NCBI GenBank assembly: GCA_965207805.1 | Contig: OZ242312.1 | Coordinates: 1,068,748 to 1,132,747 of the forward strand | DNA: 64,000 bases | Source: Gemmatimonadota bacterium | Lineage (GTDB): Bacteria > Gemmatimonadota > Gemmatimonadetes > Palauibacterales > Palauibacteraceae | Direction: 5' to 3' | Translations under genes and position numbers: made by a program | Part shown: positions 6,504 through 16,307 of the stretch, in pieces | Layout: each line of letters starts with the position of its first letter | Position numbering within the stretch: the stretch's first letter is position 1 | The notes under the pieces: generated by a model | Told to the model about the DNA's origin: nothing | Databases searched by the model: none | The model's input: the letters and a program-made list of their open reading frames with translations, nothing else

Positions 6504-9031
6504 AGTTCTCCCCGAAGCTCCGCCCCCCCGCCGCCCGGCCCGCCGTCTCGTGGCGCGTCGCCGCGTGGACCGCCACGGCCGCCGTCGCGCTGGCGGCCGC
6601 ACCACCGCTCCAGGCGCAGAACCTCGCCGGCTTCGAGCCCGCCCCCGCGCGCGACAACGCCTTCGCGCTCACGCTCGAGTCCATCATGCGGGGCTCCGAG
6701 CACGTCGGGCAGGCGCCCGTCGGCGTGAGCTGGTCCGACGACGGCGAGTGGATCTACTTCCGCTGGCTCCCCGGCGGCGCCGAATGGCACGAGCCGCGCG
6801 CCCTCTACCGCGTCCGTTCGACCGGCGGCACGCCCGAACGCGTCGATGACGAGGAAGAGCTTCGCCTCGGTCCCATCCTGGCGCAGGGCGACGTCTCCCC
6901 GGACGGCCGCTGGCGCGTGACGTCCTCCGACGGAGATCTCTATCTCATCGAACGGGACGGCGCCGCGACACGCCGGCTGACCCACACGCAGGACTTCGAG
7001 GCAGGACCCGTCTTCTCCGGCGACGGCGCCTCCATCTTCTTCCGCCGCGGGAACAACCTCTTCGCGTTCGACATCGACGACGGCGAGATCCGGCAACTCA
7101 CTTCGATCGGCGGCCCGGAACAGCCCGAGGACCCGGAGGCCGAGGGGCACAAGGCCTTCCTCGAGGAGCAGCAGCGAGAGCTGTTCGAGCACGTCCGCGT
7201 CCAGGACATTCGGGAGGAGCGGGCCGACGAGCGGCGCGAACTCCGGGAGGCCGGGCAACGCGAAACCCTCCACCTCGCGCAGGGCGAGCGCGCGCAGTTC
7301 TTCGTCGCCGACCCCACGGGAAGCCACGTCGCGGTCACCGTCACCCGCGGCGATTTCAACCAGGGTGGCCGACGCACGGATATTCCTCTCTGGATCACGC
7401 AGTCCGGCTATACCGAGAACACCGAGATGCGCCCCAAGGTCGGCGACGAGCAGGGCGTCTCCAGGCTCGCCGTCGTGGACACGGATTCGGGCGAGGCGAC
7501 GTGGCTCGACCTCACCGCGGACGGCTCGGACGCGGACCCGGAGGAGACGGAACCGGAAGACGCGGAGGCCGACGGCGACGAAGCCGAGTCGGACGAGGCG
7601 GCATCCGACGACCGGCTTGCCGTCGCGAGCTTCGCGGGCTGGAACGACGCGGGCACGCACGGGCTCGTGTTCGCCGTGGACTTCGACTACAAGACGTGGC
7701 GCCTCTACGCCTACGAAGCGGCGAGCGGCTCGCTGACGTTGCTCGACACGCATCACGACGAGGCGTGGGTCGGCGGCCCCTGCTTCGGCTTCCAGGGCGC
7801 GGGCTGCATCGGCTGGCTCCCGGCGGAGACGGCGGGCGAGATGCCGCGCGCCTGGTACGTGAGCGAGGAGACGGGTTACTCGCATCTGTACGCGATCGAC
7901 GCCGATGGCGGGAACCGGGAGGCGCTCACGGCCGGCGACTGGGAAGTTCTCGGAGCGACGATCCCCGATGGGTGGGACACGTTCCTCCTCCAGACGAGCG
8001 AACTCTCCCCCTTCGACCAGCATCCGTGGCGCATGGATTTCGACGGCTCGGACCGGGTCCAGCTCCTCGAGGGTGAGGGCTCGTTCACCGTCACGCCGTC
8101 GCCCGACGGGCGCCGCTTCGCGGTCCTCCATTCGCGCGCGAACCGGCCGCCCGAACTCTACGTCGCCGACGCCGCCCCGGGCGCCGCCATGACCCAGGTC
8201 ACGACCTCGCCCACCGAGACGTGGCTCGGCTTCCCCTGGCTCAAGCCCGAGATCGTGCACTTCGAGGCCCGCGACGGGACGCCGGTGCCCGCCCGCATCT
8301 ACCGGCCCGCCGACTTCGGCGTCGAACCCAACGGGGCCGGCGTCATCTTCGTCCACGGGGCGGGGTACCTGCACAACGTCCACAACTGGTGGTCGAACTA
8401 TTACCGCGAATTCATGTTCCACCACTTCCTGGCGGCCCAGGGCTACACGGTGCTCGATATCGACTACCGCGGCTCCGCCGGGTACGGGCGCGACTGGCGC
8501 ACGGCGATCTACCGGCACATGGGCGGCTGGGACCTCTCCGACCAGGTGGACGGCGCCGCGTACCTCGTTCGCGAAGAAGGCGTCGACCCCGACCGCATGG
8601 GGATCTACGGCGGATCCTACGGTGGCTTCATCACGCTGATGGCGCTCTTCACGGCGCCCGAGTCCTTCGCGGCGGGCGGCGCGCTCCGCGCCGTGACCGA
8701 CTGGGCGCACTACAACCACTGGTACACGAGCCGCATCCTCAACCTCCCGCACGAGGACGAGGAGGCGTACCGCCAGTCCTCCCCCATCTACTTCGCCGAG
8801 GGGTTCGAGGGACACCTCCTCATCGCGCATGGGATGTACGACACGAACGTGCATTTCTCCGACGTCGTGCGCCTCGCCCAGCGTCTCATAGAACTGGGGA
8901 AGGAGAACTGGGAGATGGCCGTGTACCCGGTGGAGAACCACGGTTTCGCGGAGCCCTCGTCGTGGACCGACGAATACCGGCGCATCTACGAGTTGTTCGA
9001 GCGCGTGATCGGCGGCGGCCGCGGGGGGTGA
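6500..9031 (+). CDS. S9-family serine peptidase (prolyl oligopeptidase / dipeptidyl-peptidase-like) with N-terminal beta-propeller
   Basis: GTG start overlapping the upstream stop (GTGA), SD ggagg at 6487-6491. Signal peptide. C-terminal alpha/beta hydrolase domain with GGSYGG (nucleophile Ser) and downstream Asp/His (MYDTNVHF...ENHGF). Acidic low-complexity insert near 7510-7620. Confidence 0.8.
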   Translation: MKFSPKLRPPAARPAVSWRVAAWTATAAVALAAAPPLQAQNLAGFEPAPARDNAFALTLESIMRGSEHVGQAPVGVSWSDDGEWIYFRWLPGGAEWHEPRALYRVRSTGGTPERVDDEEELRLGPILAQGDVSPDGRWRVTSSDGDLYLIERDGAATRRLTHTQDFEAGPVFSGDGASIFFRRGNNLFAFDIDDGEIRQLTSIGGPEQPEDPEAEGHKAFLEEQQRELFEHVRVQDIREERADERRELREAGQRETLHLAQGERAQFFVADPTGSHVAVTVTRGDFNQGGRRTDIPLWITQSGYTENTEMRPKVGDEQGVSRLAVVDTDSGEATWLDLTADGSDADPEETEPEDAEADGDEAESDEAASDDRLAVASFAGWNDAGTHGLVFAVDFDYKTWRLYAYEAASGSLTLLDTHHDEAWVGGPCFGFQGAGCIGWLPAETAGEMPRAWYVSEETGYSHLYAIDADGGNREALTAGDWEVLGATIPDGWDTFLLQTSELSPFDQHPWRMDFDGSDRVQLLEGEGSFTVTPSPDGRRFAVLHSRANRPPELYVADAAPGAAMTQVTTSPTETWLGFPWLKPEIVHFEARDGTPVPARIYRPADFGVEPNGAGVIFVHGAGYLHNVHNWWSNYYREFMFHHFLAAQGYTVLDIDYRGSAGYGRDWRTAIYRHMGGWDLSDQVDGAAYLVREEGVDPDRMGIYGGSYGGFITLMALFTAPESFAAGGALRAVTDWAHYNHWYTSRILNLPHEDEEAYRQSSPIYFAEGFEGHLLIAHGMYDTNVHFSDVVRLAQRLIELGKENWEMAVYPVENHGFAEPSSWTDEYRRIYELFERVIGGGRGG

Positions 9032-12000
9032 TGATGCGGCCGGCCCGCGCGCGGCCGGTTCTGGCGCTGGCCCTCGTCGCCTCGGCCTGCGGGGCGCCGG
9101 ACCCCGGACCCTGGGTCGAGGCGGACGGATACCGCTGGCGGGAGCTGCGGCCGCGGGGCTCGGGCGGCTTCCGGCCGCTCGACGGTTCCGACCGCGGCGT
9201 GTCCTTCCTGTACGACGTGGACGAGGAAACGCGCCTTCGCAACCGGGTGCTCGCGGAAGGGCAGGGCGTCGCGATCGGGGACGTCGACGGCGACGGCCTG
9301 GCGGACCTCTTCCTCGCCGGCTTCGGCCGCGCGAGCGCCCTCTACCGCAACCTCGGCGGCTGGCGCTTCGAGGAGATCACGCCGCCCGCCCTCGCGCTCG
9401 CGGACGTGCTCGCGAGAGGCGCCGCGCTCGTCGACGTCGATGGAGATGATGACCTCGATCTCGTGATCGCGGTCCACGGGGGCCGGAACCGGATCTTCCT
9501 CGGCGACGGCGCGGGCGGCTTCGCCGAACTCGAGGACGCGGGTTTCGCCGGGGCGTGGGGGAGCACGACGTCCACGCTGGCCGACGCCGATGGCGACGGC
9601 GACCTGGACCTCTACATCGCCAACTACAAGACGCGGCAGGTCGACGACCTCTATCCGCCGGACGTTCTCGACATCAACCACCTGCAGCGCGGCGACGACG
9701 GAAATCTCGTCATCCCACCGGAACTGCGGGAACTCTACGACGAGCACTACCGCGTGGAGTTCGATGGCCGCTTCGTGCGCCGGTTCGAGCTTGGAGAGCC
9801 GGACGAGTATTACACCGGACTCGGGGACGGACGCTTTGTGCCCGCAGCCCCCGGCGCGCCGCTCACGCGTTCCCGCGGGAACGTCTCGACGCCGGCTCGC
9901 GACTGGGGACTCGCGGCGAGGTTCAGCGACTGGGACGAGGACGGCGACCCGGATCTCTACGTGGCGAACGACTTCAACAGCGAGGACGGAATCTGGATCA
10001 ACCGCGGCGACGGGACGTTCGCGCCCGCTCCGGCGGAGGCCGTCCGCACGACGAGCCTCTCCTCGATGGCCGTCGATGTCGGAGATCTCGATCGCGACGG
10101 AGACCTCGATCTCCTCACCACCGACATGCTTGCCCGGGACGCGGAGGAGCGCCTCGCCCAGACGCCGAGCTACGAGGCCGTCCCCGAGCGGCCGGGCGTC
10201 ACGGACACGAGAGTCCAGGTGAACCGGAACGCGGTGCAGCTTAACCGCGGCGACGGCACGTTCGCCGAGGCCGCGTGGGAGCTCGGGCTCGCCGCCTCCG
10301 ACTGGACGTGGGGCGCGCTCATCATGGACGCGGACCTGGACGGCTGGAACGACATCCTCGTGACGACGGGACACGCGTGGGACCAGTTGGACGGCGATGC
10401 GAACGCCCGCGTGGCCGCGATCCCCGGGCTGCCGGCAGATCAGGCTCTGCGCATGTTCCCGTCGCTCCCGCAGCCGAACGTCGCCTACCGCGGAGGGTCG
10501 GACGGCTTCACGGATGTGAGCGAGAGTTGGCGCTGGGGACACGAGGCCGACATCTCGCACGGTCTCGCGGCGGGCGATCTCGACCGCGACGGCGACCTCG
10601 ACGTCGTCGTGACCCGGCTCGGCGCGCCCCCCGTCCTGTACCGGAACGACGCTCCGGCGCCCCGCATCCTGGTGCGTCTGCGGGGGTCGGGCCCGAACAC
10701 GCGCGGAATCGGCGCCCGGATCCGCCTCGAGGGGTCCGACGGGGTTCCCGCCCAGGTGCGGGAGATCACCGCGGGCGGCGCCTATCTCTCCTCTTCGGAA
10801 CCCGCCGCCAGCTTCGCCGCGGAGTCGGACGGGGAGATGGTCCTCACCGTCGACTGGCCGGACGGCCGCCGTACGCGGCTGGAAGGCGTCGTCACGAACC
10901 GGGAATACGTGATCGATGCTGCCGCTGCGGAGCCGGTGGCTCCCGACCCGGACGGCCACGCCGCGGCGGCGACAGCCGAGGCCGGCGCCCACTTCGTGGA
11001 CATTTCGGAGCGGCTCGGGCACCGGCACGTCGAATCGCCCTTCGACGACCGGCTCCGGCAGCCGCTCCTGCCCCACTCGCTCGATCGCCTCGGCCCGGGC
11101 GTATCGTGGATCGACGTGGAGGACGATGGCGACGCGGATCTCGTGGTCGGGAGCGGCCGGGGGGGCAGCCCGGTCGTGATTCGGAACGAGGGCGACGGGT
11201 TCGCCGCCCCGCGCGCCCTCGTGCCCGCGCTGGCGTGGGACGCGACCGCCGTGCTGCCGCATCGCGCGGCCGACGGTCGCGTCGCGCTGCTCATCGGCAC
11301 GAGCGCGTACGAGGCGGGCTCGCCCGCGGAGGCCGCGGCCGTGCCCGCGGTCATCGCGGCGCCGCTCGGCGCCTCCGCGCCGGCGCCCCCGCTCATCGAA
11401 GCTCCCGGCACCTCGCCCGGGCAGCTCCCCGCCGCGACCGGCCCCCTCGCCCAGGCCGACATCGACGGCGACGGCGACCTCGACCTCTTCGTGGGCGGAC
11501 GCGTCGCCCCCGGCGCCTACCCCATTGCGGTCGACTCCCGCCTGCTGATCCACGATGGCGACGCCCTGCGCGTCGATGCGGAGCGCTCTCTCCCCTTCGC
11601 GCGTCTCGGGCTCGTCTCCGCCGCGCTCTTCACGGACTACGACCTCGATGGCGACCCCGACCTCGCGCTCGCCCTGGATTGGGGCAGCGTCCGCCTCTTC
11701 CGCAACGAGGAGGGCCGTTTCACCGACGTGAGCGACGCGCTCGGGCTCACGCGTCTCAGGGGACGCTGGAACGGCCTCGCCGCCGCGGACTTCGATGAGG
11801 ACGGCCGGCCCGACCTCGTCGCCACCGGCTGGGGCGCGAATCTCGACGTCCCGCCCGCCTACTCGCTCATCTACGGCGACATGAACCGCGACGGCATCGT
11901 CGATCTCGTCGAGGCCCGGATGGAATCCGGCACGTGGCGTCCGCTACGGGGAAGAGATGCGCTCGCCGTCCCCGGCGGACTCTCGGCGCTCCTCCGCGTG

Positions 12001-12762
12001 ACGTACGAGCGATTCGCGAACACGCCTCTGACCGACGTCATCGGCGGCCTGGACCCTGAGCGCCGGCTGGACGTCAACGAACTGCGCCACACCGTGTGGC
12101 TCAACCGCCCTTCCGGCTTCGAGAGCGCCCCGCTGCCCGCGGCGGCCCAGCGCGCGCCCGCGTTCGGGGTCGCCGGCGCCGACCTCGACGGGGACGGCCA
12201 CGAAGATCTCGTGCTCGCGCAGAACTTCTACGCCGGCCGGCCGGGCGCGCCGCGCCACGACGCGGGGCGCGGGCTCTGGCTGAGAGGGGACGGCGAGGGA
12301 GGCTTCGAGCCCGTGCCGGGATCCCGGTCCGGGATCGCGGTCTACGGGGACGCGCGGGCCATCGCGCTCGCGGACCACGACCGCGACGGACGGGTGGATG
12401 TGGCCTTCGGCGTCAACGGCGGCGAGACCCGGCTCTATCGCAACGTCGGTGCGACGCCCGGTCTGAGGGTCACGCTCGAAGGCCCACCCGCGAACCCGCG
12501 GGCCATCGGCGCCCGCCTCCGGCTCGAATACGCGGACGGCACGTTCGGTCCGGCGCGGGAGGTCCGGTCGGGGGAGGGTTACCTGGCCCGCCACGAATCG
12601 ACGCAGACGCTGGGCATGGCGGGTGCGGCCGACACGGCTCCCGCGCCCGCGACGCTGCATGTCGTGTGGCCGGATGGCGAGGAGACGTCCGTTTCGATCG
12701 CGCCCGGGACTCTGGAAGTGCGCGTCCCGCCCGCCGGGACGGGAGGCTCGTCCGGCCTCTGA
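9031..12762 (+). CDS. CRTAC1-family protein, tandem double unit (2x [FG-GAP/VCBS repeats + ASPIC/UnbV domain]), lipoprotein
   Basis: ATG overlapping the upstream stop (ATGA). Lipoprotein signal ...LALALVASAC. Repeated GDVDGDGxxDL / DxDGDGDLDL FG-GAP motifs. Two ASPIC/UnbV-like C-terminal modules (RLEGSDGVPAQVREITAGGAYLSS... and RLEYADGTFGPAREVRSGEGYLARHES...). Confidence 0.75.
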   Translation: MMRPARARPVLALALVASACGAPDPGPWVEADGYRWRELRPRGSGGFRPLDGSDRGVSFLYDVDEETRLRNRVLAEGQGVAIGDVDGDGLADLFLAGFGRASALYRNLGGWRFEEITPPALALADVLARGAALVDVDGDDDLDLVIAVHGGRNRIFLGDGAGGFAELEDAGFAGAWGSTTSTLADADGDGDLDLYIANYKTRQVDDLYPPDVLDINHLQRGDDGNLVIPPELRELYDEHYRVEFDGRFVRRFELGEPDEYYTGLGDGRFVPAAPGAPLTRSRGNVSTPARDWGLAARFSDWDEDGDPDLYVANDFNSEDGIWINRGDGTFAPAPAEAVRTTSLSSMAVDVGDLDRDGDLDLLTTDMLARDAEERLAQTPSYEAVPERPGVTDTRVQVNRNAVQLNRGDGTFAEAAWELGLAASDWTWGALIMDADLDGWNDILVTTGHAWDQLDGDANARVAAIPGLPADQALRMFPSLPQPNVAYRGGSDGFTDVSESWRWGHEADISHGLAAGDLDRDGDLDVVVTRLGAPPVLYRNDAPAPRILVRLRGSGPNTRGIGARIRLEGSDGVPAQVREITAGGAYLSSSEPAASFAAESDGEMVLTVDWPDGRRTRLEGVVTNREYVIDAAAAEPVAPDPDGHAAAATAEAGAHFVDISERLGHRHVESPFDDRLRQPLLPHSLDRLGPGVSWIDVEDDGDADLVVGSGRGGSPVVIRNEGDGFAAPRALVPALAWDATAVLPHRAADGRVALLIGTSAYEAGSPAEAAAVPAVIAAPLGASAPAPPLIEAPGTSPGQLPAATGPLAQADIDGDGDLDLFVGGRVAPGAYPIAVDSRLLIHDGDALRVDAERSLPFARLGLVSAALFTDYDLDGDPDLALALDWGSVRLFRNEEGRFTDVSDALGLTRLRGRWNGLAAADFDEDGRPDLVATGWGANLDVPPAYSLIYGDMNRDGIVDLVEARMESGTWRPLRGRDALAVPGGLSALLRVTYERFANTPLTDVIGGLDPERRLDVNELRHTVWLNRPSGFESAPLPAAAQRAPAFGVAGADLDGDGHEDLVLAQNFYAGRPGAPRHDAGRGLWLRGDGEGGFEPVPGSRSGIAVYGDARAIALADHDRDGRVDVAFGVNGGETRLYRNVGATPGLRVTLEGPPANPRAIGARLRLEYADGTFGPAREVRSGEGYLARHESTQTLGMAGAADTAPAPATLHVVWPDGEETSVSIAPGTLEVRVPPAGTGGSSGL

Positions 12763-12771
12763 CCCGCGGAA

Positions 12772-13431
12772 CTAACGGAAGCGGTAGCCGAAGCCGATCG
12801 TGACGCCGATGTCGTTCTGCAGCTTCGACGCGTCCGTCGCGGCGGAGATGTAGTAGGACGCCATGTCCCGGAGTTCGCCCCGGAACCAGAGCGCTGACAT
12901 CAGTTGCACCCGGACCCCGATCGCGGCCGTCGCCATCGGATCCGTCGCGCTGAGTTTCGGCACTTCGGCACCGTAGAACTTCAACTGCCGGAGCCCGCCG
13001 CCCATCGTGAAGTAGGGTTCGAGCGCGCCCGCCGAGCCCGACGACCGAAGCCGGAACGTCAGGTTCACCGTGCCCGCCAGGTACTCCATTTCGCCGAGCG
13101 TTCCGGGACCCCGTCCGGGTCCGCCGCCGACGCCTTCGAGCGTCGCCGGGGAATAGAGACCCATGACGCCGATCCCGACCGCGCGCGAAGCCCAGTAGGT
13201 CAGCTCGCCCCCCATCATCACGTCCGGCGGCATCACGGTGCCGTACGCGCCGGTGTTGTCCGTGAGGTTGTTGAGGGGCTGGATGACGCCGGCGAGTCCG
13301 AACAACTCCGGACCGGTATCATCGCCGAACGGGGCCGCGGGAGCCATCTGGGCCGTCAGGTTCGACGCTCCGGGAGCGAGCCCCCACAGAAGGAAAACGA
13401 GAAAGAGAAGAACGCCGGACGGGCGTCTCAT
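12772..13431 (-). CDS. Outer-membrane beta-barrel protein (OmpA/OmpW-like porin family, hypothetical)
   Basis: Signal peptide MRRPSGVLLFLVFLLWGLAP. Alternating hydrophobic beta-strand pattern and aromatic-rich C-terminus (IGFGYRFR). ATG overlaps the upstream stop (ATGA). Confidence 0.6.
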   Translation of the reverse strand: MRRPSGVLLFLVFLLWGLAPGASNLTAQMAPAAPFGDDTGPELFGLAGVIQPLNNLTDNTGAYGTVMPPDVMMGGELTYWASRAVGIGVMGLYSPATLEGVGGGPGRGPGTLGEMEYLAGTVNLTFRLRSSGSAGALEPYFTMGGGLRQLKFYGAEVPKLSATDPMATAAIGVRVQLMSALWFRGELRDMASYYISAATDASKLQNDIGVTIGFGYRFR

Positions 13432-16307
13432 TTGGTCCTCACGATCGTGATTAGCGGTTCCGCGGTCTCACCCGCCGGGGTTCCTCCCGCCGTTTCCAGC
13501 GACAGCGACAGGCCCGGCGCGCCGGGAGCCGAGGCGAGTGAGAAGTACTGTACGCTCGACGGCCCTACGTCGAGGCTCAGCACCCGGGTTTCAAACCCCA
13601 GCGGCTCGGCCCGCAGCGCGATCGCGGTCGGAAGACCCGACCGGGCGTCCGCATCCTGATTCAACGATCGGAACACGTCCGTGGCGTCCCACGTTGCCGC
13701 GGCAAGCGGCGGCGCCTCCTCCGGCCCCGCCTCCGGCGCGTCGAGGTCCTCCTCCGCGGGATCCTCCGACCCGTCCTCCAGCGTTCCCGCGCCGAGCGCC
13801 AGCGAGACCGACACGTCCGCCAGAATGTTCGCCCACTCCCTTCCCGTGACCCGCTCCAGGTTCGCGATCCCGCGTCCGTAGTTCTGTCCGCCCCCGACGA
13901 CGGATCGGAAGAAGGCCCGTTCATCCCCCCCCGCCTGGTCCGCGAGCCGTCGCAGGAGGAACCAGCCGAATCCCCGCATCTGCAACCCGCCGACGCCGTC
14001 CGGGTCGTCCGTCGAGACGGTGGGAGCTCCGGGGAGTCCGAGCATGTACAGGCCGAGGTTGCGGAAGTTGGTCAGCATGTAGGCATTGAAGGTGTCGAGT
14101 GCCTCGGGCGTCGCGGATACGCGATCGAAGGTGAGGCGGTCGCCCACCGGGAGCCCCAGCGCGGCGAGCCCCGCCACCTCCTCGGCCAGACTCGAAAGCG
14201 CCTCATCCAGCCAGACTTCCTCCGCCGCCCCGAAACCCGCCGAAGAAACCGGCACCCGGCGCCCGGCGCTGACGATATGCTGGACTTCATGCGCCACGAG
14301 CGCGGGCGTCTCGCGCAGCAGATCCTCCGTCGAGATGGCGCGGCCGAGCGTCGCATCGGGGTCCGCGCTCACGCTGTAGACGATCTCTGCCTCGTTGCTC
14401 GCCGGGCAGATCCCGCCGTCCGGGTCCGACAGCTCGCCGTCGCCCCGTCCCGATGCGGCAAGATCCTGGGGGAGGGAGAACCCGCCGACGCCCGCCTCGC
14501 CGTCGCCGAGCCGGTTCACGGCGGGCGTGAACAGGATGACGACGCGGCCGTTCCGGTCGATGTCTTCTGGGGGACCGAAATAGGAGGTCACGGCCGGAAG
14601 CACCGTCCCGTCCAGTTCCTGCGCGAGCCCGAGCCACTCTTCCTCCGTCGGGCCTCCGGCGGGTGCGGTGAGATCCTCCACCAGGACCACGCCGTCGCCC
14701 ACGGCTCGCACCGTTCCGCGTACCGTGCTCATGGGGTCGACGCAGGTGGCCGCCAGCTCCGGGCCGACGGAGAAGAAGTACTCGAGCGTGTCTCCCGGGA
14801 CCGGCGCGGAAACCGCTGTCGATCCGTCGGACCGAAGGGGCGAGACCCTGGCCTGAACAAGTCGGGCAAGCGTGCGTGCGCGAATCCCGATGTCCCTGCG
14901 CGTGCCGGAGAGCGCGGCCTCCGCGACCTGAGGGTCGATCGTCCCGCGGCCCACCGCGGTCGCCGGGCCATCGCCCGACATGTCGGCAGGCGTCCGCAGC
15001 GTGAGCCGGAGCGGGAGTTCGCTCGAAGCGGTCCGCCCCGTATTGCCGATGACGATTCGATACTCCCGCGTCTCGGGCTCGATGTCTTCCGGCGCCCCCG
15101 GTTCTCCCGCCTCGCCCGCATCCACGGGCGCTCCGGGCCGGAACTGGACGCATTCGACCTCGACGGGTCCGCGCAGCGTGATCGATTCGCCGACGTCGAG
15201 ACCTACGCGCAGGTTCGCCGGTTCGATCGGCAGCAGAAGACCGTTGCTGGCGTCGGAACCCACGAGCACCCGCACGCCGACCTCGCGCTCGGGCAGGCAC
15301 GTGCGGGCGAAGGCCGGCACTTCCACCGTGAGTTCCGTCTCCGTGGCGCTCACCACCGTCGCCGCCGTGCCTTCGATCCAGACCTCGTTGTCGGCCGGAA
15401 CCGAGCGGAAGCCGCTGCCGTAGAGAAGCGCCCGCGTGCCCGCGGCAAGTCTTCCGTTCCCGATCGAGTCGAGTTGTACGGCCCCGCCCGGCGCTGCGAG
15501 CGCCGTGGCCGAAAAGGAGAGCGTGTCCGAGTACACGCCGCCCGAAGCGAAGACGCGGATCCGGTAGTCGCCCGGCCGCGAGCCCAGCGTGAAGACGGCG
15601 CCGCCCCGTCCGTCCGCGTCCGTCATCACGATGTCGTGCGTGAGGGCGCCTGCGCTTTCCGGCGTCTCCTCCGGCGCAGGCGGTTCCCCCGGCTCCGCCA
15701 CGGCCATCGTATCCGCCGCCTCCGGCAGTCCCGGCGTGTCCTCCGCTTCCGCCCCGTCCGGGGTGTCCTCCGGCACCGTCCATTCGAAGGCGAGGCGGAC
15801 GCCGCCGGCCGGAGCGCCGCTCGTCGTCTCCGCCCGGATGGAGAACGGGAGCGGCAGCTGGCTTCCCGCCTCCGCCCGCTGGCCGTCTCCCTCCACGATG
15901 CTGAGAAGGACCGTGTCCGCGGCCTCGGCGAGGACGAGGAAGCGGAGCGGCGGGACGTTCGCGGCGCTCGGGATGTCCGCCTGGATCTCCGCCTCGCCCG
16001 GCGTGGGCCCCGCGCGGTAGACCGATTCCGCGACGCCGTTCTGCCCCGCGACGGCGACCCCCGGCGACAGCTCCCCCTCGCCCCGCACGATGACGAAGCG
16101 GACCGGGGCCCCTTCGACCGCGTTCCCGAGCGCATCCTCGACCCGGACCGCGATCGGGGGGTCCGTGGCCTCACCCGTCACGATCGTGTCCACGGCGGCG
16201 GAGACGGGGACGAGCGTCGTCGGCGGAGAGCCGACCTCCGTGCTGCCACCGTCCCCGCACCCGATCGCGAGCACGCCCGCGAGCATGGCCAGCGCGCCGC
16301 GCCTCAC
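13428..16307 (-). CDS. Large lipoprotein zinc metalloprotease candidate (gluzincin-like HEVQH...E) with Ig-like/Big and IPT/TIG domains
   Basis: GTG start 16307 overlapping the upstream stop (GTGA). Lipobox ...LAIGCGDGG. N-terminal Big-like Ig domains, an IPT/TIG-like segment, HExxH (ALVAHEVQHIV) with Glu ~19 aa downstream. Acidic linkers. 959 aa. Confidence 0.65.
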   Translation of the reverse strand: MRRGALAMLAGVLAIGCGDGGSTEVGSPPTTLVPVSAAVDTIVTGEATDPPIAVRVEDALGNAVEGAPVRFVIVRGEGELSPGVAVAGQNGVAESVYRAGPTPGEAEIQADIPSAANVPPLRFLVLAEAADTVLLSIVEGDGQRAEAGSQLPLPFSIRAETTSGAPAGGVRLAFEWTVPEDTPDGAEAEDTPGLPEAADTMAVAEPGEPPAPEETPESAGALTHDIVMTDADGRGGAVFTLGSRPGDYRIRVFASGGVYSDTLSFSATALAAPGGAVQLDSIGNGRLAAGTRALLYGSGFRSVPADNEVWIEGTAATVVSATETELTVEVPAFARTCLPEREVGVRVLVGSDASNGLLLPIEPANLRVGLDVGESITLRGPVEVECVQFRPGAPVDAGEAGEPGAPEDIEPETREYRIVIGNTGRTASSELPLRLTLRTPADMSGDGPATAVGRGTIDPQVAEAALSGTRRDIGIRARTLARLVQARVSPLRSDGSTAVSAPVPGDTLEYFFSVGPELAATCVDPMSTVRGTVRAVGDGVVLVEDLTAPAGGPTEEEWLGLAQELDGTVLPAVTSYFGPPEDIDRNGRVVILFTPAVNRLGDGEAGVGGFSLPQDLAASGRGDGELSDPDGGICPASNEAEIVYSVSADPDATLGRAISTEDLLRETPALVAHEVQHIVSAGRRVPVSSAGFGAAEEVWLDEALSSLAEEVAGLAALGLPVGDRLTFDRVSATPEALDTFNAYMLTNFRNLGLYMLGLPGAPTVSTDDPDGVGGLQMRGFGWFLLRRLADQAGGDERAFFRSVVGGGQNYGRGIANLERVTGREWANILADVSVSLALGAGTLEDGSEDPAEEDLDAPEAGPEEAPPLAAATWDATDVFRSLNQDADARSGLPTAIALRAEPLGFETRVLSLDVGPSSVQYFSLASAPGAPGLSLSLETAGGTPAGETAEPLITIVRTK

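Noticed and set aside
6425-8941. Long antisense or off-frame ORFs throughout the window, e.g. 6425-8941(-) 838 aa, 8986-11553(-) 855 aa, 14277-16577(+) 766 aa, 22327-24258(-) 643 aa, 24484-26562(-) 692 aa, 45587-47650(-) 687 aa, 47605-49641(-) 678 aa, 53864-58207(+) 1447 aa, 55098-57950(-) 950 aa, 59650-62406(-) 918 aa
   Set aside because: Each lies entirely inside, or opposite, a gene with clear domain motifs in another frame (S9 peptidase, CRTAC1, metalloprotease, holA/SPOR, mutS, TamA/TamB, NagZ fusion, M8 lipoprotein). Their translations are Arg/Pro/Gly/Ala-rich low-complexity strings typical of stop-poor alternative frames in ~70% GC DNA, with no recognisable motifs.
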